A stretch of 64,000 bases of DNA. Origin: Pelagomonas calceolata (Eukaryota). The stretch lies in contig CAKKNE010000004.1 in assembly GCA_918797485.1 (NCBI GenBank), positions 2,480,001-2,544,000 on the forward strand, written 5' to 3'. Made by a program: the position numbers and the translations under genes. Numbering within the stretch: the first letter of the stretch is position 1; every line of letters begins with the position of its first letter. Positions 11,101 through 20,494 of the stretch are shown here, piece by piece. Under the pieces are notes generated by a model. That model was not told where the DNA came from and did no database searches. It saw only the letters and a program-made list of their open reading frames with translations.

Positions 11101-13131
11101 GAACGCGACGTCTCCAATAAATGCTAACTCACCGGGCACGCCGAGCGCCGCGACGTCGTCTTTACTACTATTCAACACGACGACGCGCACGTGGTCCACG
11201 GCGCGGCCGATGGGCACTTGTTGAATAGGAGGAGGCACGCAGCCGACGCCGCGCGGCGCCGGCGCCTCCCAGTACGTGATGTCCGCTTCCGTAGGGCCAT
11301 AAACATTCGCCAATAACGCGCGCGGCGCTTCTGTCGAACACTGGGTTACCACTGAGGGTGGTAAAGCCTCGCCACAGCACACGACCAAGCGCAACGACTG
11401 CAACGAAGCGCTCTCGTTGACTTCTAGAATGGCACCCAATTGCGAGGGCGCGAAAAACGCCACCGTGACGTTTTGTAACGCGTGCAATAAGGCTGACGGG
11501 TCGCGCTCGATGCCATGAGGAGGCACGGCGAGGCACGAACCGACGGTCAGGGGCCAGAAGAGCTCCCACTCGCTCACGCCAAAGACGAAGGGCGTCTTTT
11601 GCAGTACCACACCTCGGTCGCAGCCGAGCTTCCTTCTACTCTCATGAAAGCTCGCGTCTTCATATGAACCGTCCCGCGGTGTGCTACGACCGGTCAGCTG
11701 CGCCCCGTAGCGCCGCTGGAACCAGGCCACGCGCCGCGCCAACGTCAGGTGCGGCACGGCCACGCCCTTCGGTCGTCCCGTCGTGCCGCTCGTGAAGAGC
11801 ACGTAGACGCAGTCTTGGGGTGTTGGTGGTGTTTGTATTACTGGTGTGACGGCGGCGTCGTAGATAGAATCGTCGACGACAATTGTCGGTAGTTGCAAGG
11901 GCACCTTGTCCTCCAGTCCTGCAGTAAGCACGACGGCGACCGGTTCACTATCTTCGAAGATGGCCCTTCTCCTCTCGTGAGGATAGTCGGGGTCGACGGG
12001 CACATAAGCGCCGCCCGCGCCCAGAACACCGTAGACGGCTGCCGGTAGGGCGAGACATCGTCGCATCACAATGGCTATTCTATCTCCCGGTTGACAATCT
12101 ATCGAGTTCGCAATGAATCGTGAAGCTCTGTGAAATTGATCATATGTAATTTGCGTCGAGGTATTGACGTCCAACAACGCCGTGCCGTCGCCACACGCGA
12201 GCATGCGGTCCCACACTGTTGTATGAGAATCCCAGGGCGGACTCGGGCCGTCGCCCAGCGCCAGGATCTTTCTTCTAGTAACGTCGTCGACGAGCGATAC
12301 TTCTGACGCGACGTCGTCGCCAGACGCTCTAAGATACGTCTCGAGCTGGTCCGCGAGGCGCTTCGTCGTTCTGAAGCCGGACTTGGTCTTGACGACCAGG
12401 ACGTCCAGAGCATTTGGAGGCGGCTTCGCGAGCGCGACGCCCGCCTGGAAAGGTTCATGTCCAAGAGCCGTCGCAATCTTGTTTGGTGAAGGCGCTCTTC
12501 CAAAATCCGCCGTCATTGTACGAGCCGCTCTCACGTTCTCGACGAGCGTCCTGACCGATTGATTGCGGTCGCACGCTATCCGTAAAGGCGTCCAGCGCCC
12601 GTCGTCGAAGACGCCGACCACAACTTCGTCCTGGCGCGCGTGGTGCGCTATTACTCGGACGAAGGCCGCTATCAGAGAGTCGTCATCGATCTGAGTCTCG
12701 AGCGATGCGAGCTCCTCCGTTTGCCGTGGGCAGTCGAGGACCGGCGGCGCGCCGCGGAGGTATTCTGCCCACGGCGCGACGTCGATCGCTTCCTCTGGTT
12801 TCGGTCGTCGTCGCGTCAGCACTCCTATTTCTATGATGGCACCAACCAAAGCCCACGCGTCGATGACGTAGAACTTGCGCAGCGACGCCGCGGCGACGCC
12901 GGCGGTCGCGGAGGCGACGGCGACGACGATGGCGGCCGGGTGCAGCTGTTCGACGTGGGCGGTTACTGAGGCCAGCACCGCGCGAATGAGCATCAATGCC
13001 AGCGTCGTCAGCGCGATTTTGCTCCGCAGCACTGCATGGAGGTCAAAGCCTGCTGCTGTCACAGTGATCACGGCGTCGGCTAGGGCCACCGCCAGCAGGC
13101 CGTACGTCTCGAGAGGCATTCTGAGCTTCAT
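8170..13131 (-). CDS. Single-module membrane NRPS-like enzyme (TM, partial C, A, T, three TM/hexapeptide terminal repeats), Pls/poly-amino-acid synthetase-like
   Basis: A-domain cores YVLFTSGTTGRPKGV, NVYGPTE, GEL, YRTGD, GRQDRQIKLRGLRIELGEIE, LPKYMVP and GKLD. Carrier motif DDFETLGGNSLLA. Three C-terminal units of TM helices + Y..LG..IG + beta-helix-like repeats. Confidence 0.9.
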   Translation of the reverse strand: MKLRMPLETYGLLAVALADAVITVTAAGFDLHAVLRSKIALTTLALMLIRAVLASVTAHVEQLHPAAIVVAVASATAGVAAASLRKFYVIDAWALVGAIIEIGVLTRRRPKPEEAIDVAPWAEYLRGAPPVLDCPRQTEELASLETQIDDDSLIAAFVRVIAHHARQDEVVVGVFDDGRWTPLRIACDRNQSVRTLVENVRAARTMTADFGRAPSPNKIATALGHEPFQAGVALAKPPPNALDVLVVKTKSGFRTTKRLADQLETYLRASGDDVASEVSLVDDVTRRKILALGDGPSPPWDSHTTVWDRMLACGDGTALLDVNTSTQITYDQFHRASRFIANSIDCQPGDRIAIVMRRCLALPAAVYGVLGAGGAYVPVDPDYPHERRRAIFEDSEPVAVVLTAGLEDKVPLQLPTIVVDDSIYDAAVTPVIQTPPTPQDCVYVLFTSGTTGRPKGVAVPHLTLARRVAWFQRRYGAQLTGRSTPRDGSYEDASFHESRRKLGCDRGVVLQKTPFVFGVSEWELFWPLTVGSCLAVPPHGIERDPSALLHALQNVTVAFFAPSQLGAILEVNESASLQSLRLVVCCGEALPPSVVTQCSTEAPRALLANVYGPTEADITYWEAPAPRGVGCVPPPIQQVPIGRAVDHVRVVVLNSSKDDVAALGVPGELAFIGDVAFGYLNNTEATNKAFSKAPPKLARNESDRMYRTGDVVRYCGNELRFLGRQDRQIKLRGLRIELGEIESKLNQIQGVKESVCTTTGEGAAMALVAYARTTLDSDILREQLASSLPKYMVPSQIICVSEFPRTDRGKLDLKKLPSVKRHASEKPSSELEASLATIFAEVLGIDSVGVDDDFETLGGNSLLAGRATNLIRRRVEGASSIPGTTLYKHPTVKSLARVITEERSRHVHDVPVPLVPDTTYHARDPTRCVSLLIQILGVITVLGMRYMDWPAWYVLWYLYLWLPKVYVFACVPLFLALTDFGAFIFAWVVQRVLLGTTTKYREQCKKQAPLWSLQHLKWWLVAQIQSIVTQRLERVLHGTRLMNVYYSALGASIGKDVVLEGRLADPPLATIGDRCTIRAGAEIDGHAMCKGRLVRRSTKIGEDSYVDLHAYVAPGTSVPANAEVGALSTTDKVGSRVTTLNRPRDPFDAMERKRLLNRRTYLGVPIAYMLQALPYIPFVYFLEWWFYFLLQERRGHLTWPKASWLFWFAYPWVWRIGFHEFYFWTVVIYKWVFIGRFSEKRDEKPLRRWLLERLVEAEAFEHCLKPWVSTELLCWRYRFLGCKIGRRVHADFFRCVEFDLVTVEDDVVFGSLVRLAPRADAHLHGKAERIVVRREANVLDHALVLPGCVVGERAVLGTFSLGAARQVFQPGSVATGNKKGQAVVLRKRPELPSGTTPLALLEAEARRRHKSIRWTLLWNTVNILVAAILYPLRDVFEVCIISCGYMLYFYLSWDGYYAYLGCLPLLSAVTALLHCVLVVLLKKLIVGKFTKGDHGFYSRYHFCWALMMTLLAPVYPLIEAMHGTVLAVWFYRAMGASIGHRACVHGKALEFDLLQVADGASIGRLCDTTCHTVENMVIKLADVAIGRAADVGARSVVMPGASLGDGASLLPHSLVLKGEAAPPGSTYAGLPAEAVSLDAAPNADADASAPLLV

Positions 13132-13183
13132 CGATCCATCGATATCGATTGATGTGCGTCGAATTCAGGCGCAGAGACCAAGC

Positions 13184-13215
13184 TGGACGGAGACTTTAGC
13201 TTGGACGGAGACTTT
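13184..13215. repeat. Direct repeat TGGACGGAGACTTT x2 upstream of the NRPS start
   Basis: Exact 14-mers at 13184-13197 and 13202-13215. Confidence 0.75.
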
Positions 13216-13532
13216 GCTCATCGGCCCGGCTGCAGAATTGCTCGATTCGGATCTTCCATACGGCCGTATACGTCGTGTTGACTGCGTCTTCGCGAGCTGT
13301 TGCTGCATCGCACGGGTTTAGCAACAGATTTTCACATCAATAAATCGACCACGGCGCGTCATTTCACTCGAAAGGACTCACCGCCGGCCCTCTTCTACGT
13401 ACACTCTACTCACACACCGCCCAAGCTACCGAGAACCGCGCGCAAAGGCGGTTTCAAAGGTCAGAGCCCCACTAAGAACCAGATTGCTGCGACGCTCGCG
13501 ACTCCGCAGGCTCTAAACCACCAGTCACAAGC

Positions 13533-14425
13533 ATGATCTCCCTCGCAACGCTTCTCGCGAGCGCCACGGTCGCCGCCGCGGCCAAAAAAGTCGAGGACGT
13601 GCCGGCGCCGGGCATCGTCGACACGATTCTCGGCTTCGTGCCGTCGTGGCTCGGCGGGCCTGTCGCGCAGGTCTTCGACAAGGGCGTCGAGACGCTCGGC
13701 TGTGTCCTTGGCTGGATAACCGCGGGGCCGCAGGTCGTCGCCAACGTGGTCGCCTGTGCGGGAAATCAACGCGACGAGAGATCCGCACCGTTACGCCGTC
13801 GACGCAGGTGATCACGTGGGGCGCCGACACGGCCATGTCCCTCCCGGCGACGGCGCGCGACGTCGCGACGGGCGACGCCGGCACGCTCGACACGCTCGCG
13901 GACTTGGCTGTCACGATCGGGTCGATCGTAGCGTGCGGTGTCACGACGTCGTCACGTCGAAGCGCCACGCCAATGCCTTCCACGCAGGTCTTCGTGGTCT
14001 ACGTGGTCCTCACGGCGATCAACCTCTTCCTGTCCACGCTCGAGTCCGTCCGCGACTACCTCGCCAAGCAAGGCCTGCTCACGCTGCCGCGCGTGCCGGC
14101 CAAGGTACCGCTCGTCGGCGTCGAGGTCCCCGAGGGCGTACGTGGTGTCCTAAACACGCCCATCGACCTCGCGCAGAAGTACCTCGTCGACCCGATCAAG
14201 CACTACCAGCACCGCACGATCATTCCTCTCGAAGGCGGCCACGGCTCGACGCTCGGCGGCACGATCGCGACGATGGCGTCGGCGACGGCGGCGTGCCTCT
14301 TCTTGGCCTCGACCCCGGACCTCTTGGCGCTCGCGCGCGGCGGCGCCGACAAGGCAGCCGCCGAAGCTATTGCTTGGACGCTCGGTACGGCTCTGGGCCT
14401 GAAGTACGTCGCGGCGAGGGCGTGA
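13533..14425 (+). CDS. Signal-peptide membrane protein of unknown function (intron 13746-13807; probable second intron 13928-13987)
   Basis: ORFs 13533.. and 13646.. join in frame (..VVAN-VITWG..) after removing 13746-13807. An in-frame 60-bp GTAGCG..CACGCAG segment interrupts a TM helix. Confidence 0.65.
13746..13807 (+). mobile_element. Introner-derived intron (degenerate)
   Basis: GTGGTCGC + CTGTGCGGGAAATCAA ... GACGCAG, then exon GTGATCAC. The flanking 8-mers match 6/8 and the left end resembles the family TIR. Confidence 0.7.
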
Positions 14426-14544
14426 GCGCGCGCCGCCGACGACGCGCGCCCCGCGGGGACCAAGTCGCCCGCGTCGCGGCGCGCGTCGGATTCCTCCCTC
14501 CACCTTTCTCCCGCCTACCCCGACGAAACTTGAAGGAACTCGGT

Positions 14545-14567
14545 CTAGCGGTTCTTCGACACACTAG
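14545..14567 (-). promoter_or_regulatory. CTAG-bracketed element, type B
   Basis: Reverse complement CTAGTGTGTCGAAGAACCGCTAG, upstream of the RRM gene. Confidence 0.55.
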
Positions 14568-14983
14568 GACCAAGGCTAGTGCTCGCCGTCCTCTACGACG
14601 CGGAGCGGCTGGTCCTCCCTGTTCATAGCTTGAATGCACCATTCAGCGTCCGCAATCCTTTATACGACTCCCCAGGAAGCTGCTCGTTGCAGCGCGGCTG
14701 CCGCCGCACTGTCGCCGGAAAGTTATAGCCTAAACAAGGGAGAGCTGGATATTGGCACGTGTTCCGCTTCGCGGGGCGCGCGGCCGCAGCATACCGCGGC
14801 GATGGGCGGCGGCAGTCATCAGGACGCTGCCGCGGGACCCGCTTCGACCACGGCTGCCTGCGCCGGCCGCACCGGGCGAAACCGCTCCGTCCCGCCCCAG
14901 CCCACACACCACACACACGCCGCCCCGCCCCACGCCACGCCACACACACACAGCACTCACTCCGACCCACGCAGAACACAAAG

Positions 14984-15598
14984 ATGTCCATCATCATCGA
15001 CGACGCGGGCGTCAACGGCGCTGACGGCAAGAACGTCTATGTGGGCAATTTGTCCTGGGAGACCGACGACGCCCAGCTCCTCGAGCTCGTGAGCCAGTAC
15101 GGCACGGTGACGAGCGCTCATGTGGAGACGTCGAAGTCCGGCCGCTCGCTCGGTTATGGTCTGGTGGCCTACGCGTCGGAAGCCGACGCGTCGTACGCCA
15201 TCGAGCAGCTCGACGAGCTCGAGTTCGGCGGCCGCAAGATCCGCGTGCGCGTCGACCGCGGCCCGACGGCGCCGAAGGCCAAGAAGGAGCGGGCGCCGCG
15301 CGAGCAGCGGCCGCGCCGCGAGCGCGTGCCCGACGAGGACAAGGTCGTCGAGCCGACGAAGGTGTTCGTCATGAACCTCAACTTCGACACGACGGAGGAC
15401 GAGCTCGCGGACCACTGCGCCTCGTACGGTTCGGTGGTCGCTGCTGAATTACTGACGCGCGGCCGGAACAACCGCCCGTCGGGCTCGGCCATCGTCGAGT
15501 ACTCGGCGGACCACGAGGCCAAGGCGGCCATCGCCGGGTTGGAAGGCCAGGAGCTCGGCGGCCGCCCGCTGCGCGTGCGCGAGTACTACTCCGCCTGA
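14984..15598 (+). CDS. Two-RRM RNA-binding protein (GBP/Gbp2-like)
   Basis: NVYVGNLSW..SGRSLGYGLVAY and KVFVMNLNF..RPSGSAIVEY; ATG at 14984. Confidence 0.88.
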   Translation: MSIIIDDAGVNGADGKNVYVGNLSWETDDAQLLELVSQYGTVTSAHVETSKSGRSLGYGLVAYASEADASYAIEQLDELEFGGRKIRVRVDRGPTAPKAKKERAPREQRPRRERVPDEDKVVEPTKVFVMNLNFDTTEDELADHCASYGSVVAAELLTRGRNNRPSGSAIVEYSADHEAKAAIAGLEGQELGGRPLRVREYYSA

Positions 15599-15738
15599 GC
15601 GTAGGCGAAAGGAGGGGGAGCGGCCCGCCGTGCCGAGGGCCCGTCGTCACAAAAGAGAGAGGTGTTTTTACGATTAAGGAGGGATGCTTTTTAGTTTGTT
15701 GTTTCGCGGCGGCGGCGTCGCGGCTGGTTTGCTCGCTT

Positions 15739-15762
15739 GCTAGTGTCTTACAGGACGCTAGC
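15739..15762 (+). promoter_or_regulatory. CTAG-bracketed element, type A
   Basis: GCTAGTGTCTTACAGGACGCTAGC, about 200 bp upstream of the Nudix ATG. Confidence 0.7.
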
Positions 15763-15958
15763 TCGCGCCGCGGCTGCCCTACCGCTGTCTCCTTGGTACA
15801 ATTCGATCACTTGTCGGCTCCTCAGCTACCTTTCAGCCACAGCACCACGTGGACGCGCTGGCTGTTGCCGTAGGGAGCGCTGCGCAGAGAGGGTCAGCTG
15901 GGTTCAAACCTTGTGTGGGCCACACCGGTCGACGCCGCGGCTTACAGTTATCAAAAAG

Positions 15959-16696
15959 ATGCGCCGCAGCACGGCCGCAGCGCGCACGGTGCTCTGCGGC
16001 ACGGTCATCCGCTGCGCGCGGGCCCTGAGCGCCGCGCCGATGGACACGATCCAGCGGTGCATGCTGAGACGAGCGGAGCAGCGCGGCGGCCCCGTGCCCC
16101 TCGTAACCAGAAAAGTTCAGGAGTCCATCGAGCGCCGACGAAGTAATGGAGCGCGCACGGCGGCCGTGCTCGTGCCGATCGCTTCTGTCAATGACGAGCC
16201 GCACGTCGTTTTTAGTGTGAGATCCGATAAAGTGTCCACGCATAAGTCGCAAGTGAGCTTCCCGGGCGGCCACATCGAGCTCAACGAGACGGCGGAGCAG
16301 GCGGCGTTGCGGGAAGCGCGCGAAGAGTTCGGTCCCGATTTTGAGTCAGGCTTTTCAGTGGTAGCAGAGTGTAGAGAAGTTTTAGCTGTGACGGGCACGG
16401 TCGTGACGCCCGTCGTCGCGTGTCGTTCTCGGCCCTTGGACTTGGGGCGGGACGTTGTCTATGAGGAGGACGAAGTGGCAGAGGTCTTTTCGTTACCGGT
16501 GGCGCATTTACTGGATCCAGTCAATCGGGAGGAGCGTATGTATGAGAACCGGGGCCGCCTGCCGGTCTTCCACGGCGGTCCCGCAGAAATATGGGGGCTC
16601 ACCGCGTACGTCCTGGACGGCGTCCTCGAGAAGCTCGTGCGGCCCTGCGTCGGGGGGCTGGAGGCGTCCGAGGCGCCGCGGGGAAGCGGGTCTTAA
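15959..16696 (+). CDS. Nudix hydrolase, CoA pyrophosphatase type (NUDT7/NUDT8-like)
   Basis: AAVLVP..FSVRS..HKSQVSFPGG..ETAEQAALREAREEFG..IWGLTA. Confidence 0.88.
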   Translation: MRRSTAAARTVLCGTVIRCARALSAAPMDTIQRCMLRRAEQRGGPVPLVTRKVQESIERRRSNGARTAAVLVPIASVNDEPHVVFSVRSDKVSTHKSQVSFPGGHIELNETAEQAALREAREEFGPDFESGFSVVAECREVLAVTGTVVTPVVACRSRPLDLGRDVVYEEDEVAEVFSLPVAHLLDPVNREERMYENRGRLPVFHGGPAEIWGLTAYVLDGVLEKLVRPCVGGLEASEAPRGSGS

Positions 16697-16776
16697 TGTT
16701 CTATCGTTTTATCTATCAACTGATGGCCCCACAAAACAGAACGAACGACGTCGCGTCGATGGCGTAAAGGGGACGC

Positions 16777-16806
16777 CAAGCAAGCAAGCAAGCGCAAGCA
16801 AGCAAG
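16777..16806. repeat. Imperfect (CAAG)n microsatellite
   Basis: caagcaagcaagcaagcgcaagcaagcaag. Confidence 0.7.
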
Positions 16807-16862
16807 TCAATTGGAGTCCAAGGGCACCTCCTTCCTAGAGCTGACGCGAAGCGCCTGTCCAA

Positions 16863-16883
16863 GCTAGTGTTTCGACACACTAG
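16863..16883. promoter_or_regulatory. CTAG-bracketed element, type B, near-palindromic
   Basis: CTAGTGT-TTCGAC-ACACTAG, 120 bp upstream of the RCC1-repeat gene. Confidence 0.6.
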
Positions 16884-17002
16884 GTTTTGCCCGAACCGTT
16901 TGCGAAGCGTCGAACGCAAATACGGACACCGAAGGCAGTCAGCCGAAGCAGTAAAACCTCACACAGCCACAACAAGCACCGCACCCCAACCGGGCAGCAC
17001 CC

Positions 17003-18866
17003 ATGTCGCGCAAGACGACGCTCACCTCCCGACCACCCGCCGGCCGCCGCCGCGACGCCCACGGTTTTTTAAGGGACGGCCCGCCGCACAGACACCCCTG
17101 GTCCCATTATGGTACCGAGCTCGCCGTCGTCGAGGCCTACACGGCGTCGGAGCGGAAAGTTCGACTGGCGCACGCGGCGTTGAATGCAGCGGGCCCGCAC
17201 GTGCGGCCGCAGCATCCTCCCAGAAAGGGTTCGAGGGAGTGGCTCCAGACCTACATCAAGATTCCAGAAGACGCCGACGTGCGCGACGTCCAATCGCACC
17301 TGCGGACGGCGTCTTTACATGTCAAAAGTGAACCTGTACCCGAGCCTCCGCCCGTGGTTAAGGAACCGACGTGGCCCTTTGCGGCGCCGCCGGCCGGCGT
17401 CGGGCTCTGTCTCCTCTACTGCTCCGTGGACGACGTCTGCGCGGTCTGCGCGTCTGGCAAAGGCTGGTCAAGTGCTCTAGAGACCTACGGTCTCAAAAGA
17501 GTCGGCTTCTGGGCGCCTTTACCATTCGAGACGGCGCCGTCGTACTGCCGTTCCATGGAACGATTACGGGCGACGCGGACCGTGAACAGCGTGTGGGACT
17601 GCGTTGGTCGCGGGAGCGCGTCGCACCTATCCGTGGTCATCAATAAAGGAAGGATCATCACCTGCGGAAAAAACGATGGCGGACAACGAGGAGATGCAAA
17701 AATAGGCCAGGGCCCGGGCGGCTGGCCCACGACACAATGTGTGAACCATCTGGAGCCGTCCATTATTGTTGCCGTGGCGGTTGGTGGGGAGCACACGGCT
17801 TTTCTGGATTCCGACGGGTGTGTCCTGGAGTGCGGCCGCGCGGGCGGCCGCGAGGGGAGTAAAGATGCGCAAGGCGACCGGCGGCCCTGCCGCTTCCGGC
17901 CCGAGCGCGTTTTGTTACAAAGACGCGTTCTACAAGTTTCCGCGGGCGACGACTTCACTATTGTCATCACCACAAAAGGCGAGCTCTGGAGCTGGGGCCG
18001 CGGCGACTTCGGCGAGCTCGGTGCTGATGTGAGGGTGCGCCGGGACCCGGGCCCCTGTCGTACTGATGAACGGTTCGCACAAGTGAGCGCCGGGTCCCAT
18101 CATTGCCTCGCCTCCACGAACAATGGGAGGCTCTACGCCTGGGGCTTTGGCGAGGACGGCGCGACGGGTTTGGATGCGACGGCCTGGCGGCCGCGGCGCG
18201 TCGAGCTCGTGCAGGGTGTTTGTACTGATATCTCCGCGGGCGGCGCGCACTCTCTGGTGCTAGTGAGGGGCGCGGTCCACGCCCTGGGCACGACATTGAA
18301 TGGAAGGGCCGGCGTGCCCTGCGGCAACCCGCCGGTCGAGCGCGCCGTCTTTGATTGCGTCCGCGGGCTGCCGAACGATATCATAAGGGTCGCCGCGGGC
18401 GGCGAGCACTCGCTGTGTTTGACGGCCTCCGGCGAGGTCTACGCCTGGGGCCGCGGCGGCCGCGCGGGGCAGCGCTCGCCGCGCGACGTTTTTGCCTGTG
18501 TGTTGAATCGTCACGTCGACCTCCATGCCATCGACGCGACGCCTGCTCGATGGCGTGGCGGTGATGGTCCATCACTGCTCGACACTGGTTGATTCCACAC
18601 AGGTCTGGGCGCCGACGCTCGTGCAATTGGATCAAAAGGCCGTGGCGGTCGCCGCGCACGCGGCCCATTCGGTGATAGCGATGGAGGACGGGACCTTCCG
18701 GACGTTCGGGAACGGCGACCACGGGCGGCTGGGGTGCCTCGACCGGTTCCAACGATCAGATCCGCGCGACAAGGGATTACCGATAGAGATGGCGCTGCCC
18801 GCGGAGCCCAAACGGCGCCTGAAGCCGCACGAGTACTTCGGGGAGACGGAGCGGAGGTACGCTTAG
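17003..18866 (+). CDS. RCC1-repeat protein, two exons (17003-18487, 18603-18866)
   Basis: Repeated V(S/A)AG..H..L...G..Y.WG.G..G.LG units. Removing 18488-18602 gives ..SPRD-VWAPTLV.. and completes the last repeat (FGNGDHGRLG). Confidence 0.85.
18488..18602 (+). mobile_element. Introner-derived intron, 115 bp
   Basis: GTTTTTGC + CTGTGTGTTGAATC ... CACTGGTTGATTCCACACAG, then exon GTCTGGGC (5/8 TSD match). The end is near-identical to 34392-34412. Confidence 0.8.
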
Positions 18867-18933
18867 GTTTACATTTTTTATATCTACTAGGGACTTTTCA
18901 CGAAAGGGGTTGGATCACGACGACGATTGTTGT

Positions 18934-19299
18934 TCAGCAGCGGCGGCGGCCGAACTCCTTGTGCATGAGGTGCTTCACCTTGGCGTCGCGCTTCGCGAAG
19001 GGCATCGAGCGGTAGGTCGACCGCGGGCTCCGCGGCGGCGACGCCGAGTCGTAGTCGAGCGCCGGCGCCAATGACAGCGTCGTGAGGCGCGGCGGGTCCG
19101 CGAGCTCGCCCGTCGCCGCGAGGTAGTCCTGGGCCATGAGCTCGTACAAACCGCGCGTGATCGAGTCCTCCTGCTCGAGGAGCTCGAGCCGCGCGAGCGT
19201 CTCGTTGCAGAGGTCTACTTCCTCGAGCTCGTTGACGTCGGCGGGACTTAGGCCCGCGTGTTCGGGCCGGAACTCCGGTGCTAGGGCGTCGAGCATCAT
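18934..19299 (-). CDS. Small protein with N-terminal PAM2-like motif
   Basis: MMLDALAPEFRP resembles the PAM2 consensus L...A.EF.P; acidic helix follows. Confidence 0.55.
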   Translation of the reverse strand: MMLDALAPEFRPEHAGLSPADVNELEEVDLCNETLARLELLEQEDSITRGLYELMAQDYLAATGELADPPRLTTLSLAPALDYDSASPPRSPRSTYRSMPFAKRDAKVKHLMHKEFGRRRC

Positions 19300-19843
19300 G
19301 TTCCTGCGTTCGGACGACGTGTTGGGATCGATAGCTGGTATGAAAGGCGCGTATGGAGTGAAGAACACCCTCCGAGCTCTGCGGCTGGTGCGGCTCGACG
19401 CGCGCGTCTGGGCTGGGCACAATTCATGGGCCGAGAAAGGCCACCGATGGGACGCTGCGGCGTGCGTTTTTGTTGGATGGTATGGCTTGTGGGGCTTGTG
19501 CAGAGGCTTGAAAGCTCGCATCACAGAGCATAAGCTCGAGCTCTTCGCGGCTCGGCTCGACCCCGCCGGCGCGATAGATCACGTCTCTAAGGCGCCTGGC
19601 AAAGGTAGTAGACGCGTCCAGGCGGTTTTTTATCGGCGCGCAAAACCCGCTGAAACACAGGCACATTTGGCATCTGCGGCAGTCTTGCTCCACCGCGGCG
19701 GGCCTCCTCTGGTCGCCGGGGTACTTATTTGGAGTGCCCAAACCACGCGAGATCGACGAGCCGACGCGGATCTAATTGCCGTGCCACAGAGCTCAAGACT
19801 TTCACTGGAAAGCTCCAGTAGACGGCGCCTCACAAAGCAGACG

Positions 19844-20239
19844 ATGGACGGGAGCGACCTCAAAGTGAGCGACTCGAGCGGTAGCGACCGGAACCCGCTC
19901 CGCCTGCCGTCCGAGCGCTTGCTAAGACGCATCGAGACGAGCGGCGACTTGTTTGCGGCGGCACCGGAAGCCTTTGGCCTGAGCGAAGTTGTGTTAGGGG
20001 CCCACGTGGCCTTGGCACAGAAACTACGACGGGCCGACGCGAGTCAACTGAAAATCGCCGCAAAAGTTGTAGGGTCATTCGTGCCCGAGAGCGCGCGGAG
20101 CGACATCAGGAGATGTGTCAGACCTACAACAGAAAGAAGAGGAGCAGTCCTCTTCGCGGACGCTTCGGGATTCACGGCACTAGCTAGAAGGATGGGCGCG
20201 GATAAAGATGGCGTCGAGCGATTGACGGTGACCCTGGAA
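19844..20239 (+). pseudogene. N-terminal fragment of a class III (soluble, ADCY10-like) adenylate cyclase
   Basis: SFVP...GAVLFADASGFTALARRMG..GVERLT..LE, followed by donor-like GTAAGC at 20240. No downstream GGD..KF.GD exon was found before the convergent gene. Confidence 0.55.
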
Positions 20240-20494
20240 GTAAGCCGAATCCCGATAGGCGGGAGTCTGCGTTTGCTGGGGCTTTACGTAGGGGTTCGAG
20301 ACGCGTCAGCTCGAAGACCGATGGCTCGCACCGGTCGTCGACGACGTCCCAAGGTTCCAATGATCGGCGGGGCAGCGGCGACCGGCGGCATCGTGCAGAC
20401 TCGCGGGCCAGCGACCGGCGGGGGTCCGGGTAGATCGTGCTAACAATCGACATCGTTTAGTCTCACATACACACTTACTTGTACGCCACAGAAA

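Noticed and set aside
11610..11700. About 25-aa insertion before motif A4 of the NRPS as an intron
   Set aside because: No convincing acceptor, TIR or TSD; treated as a loop insertion.
14890..14975. CA-rich tract upstream of the RRM gene as an ncRNA or telomere-like repeat
   Set aside because: Low complexity with no regular unit; probably the 3' part of a 5'UTR intron ending CACGCAG.
19136..19843. N-terminal extension of the 435-aa ORF 19136..20443
   Set aside because: It overlaps the minus-strand PAM2-like gene and the intergenic region; coding-like sequence starts at ATG 19844.
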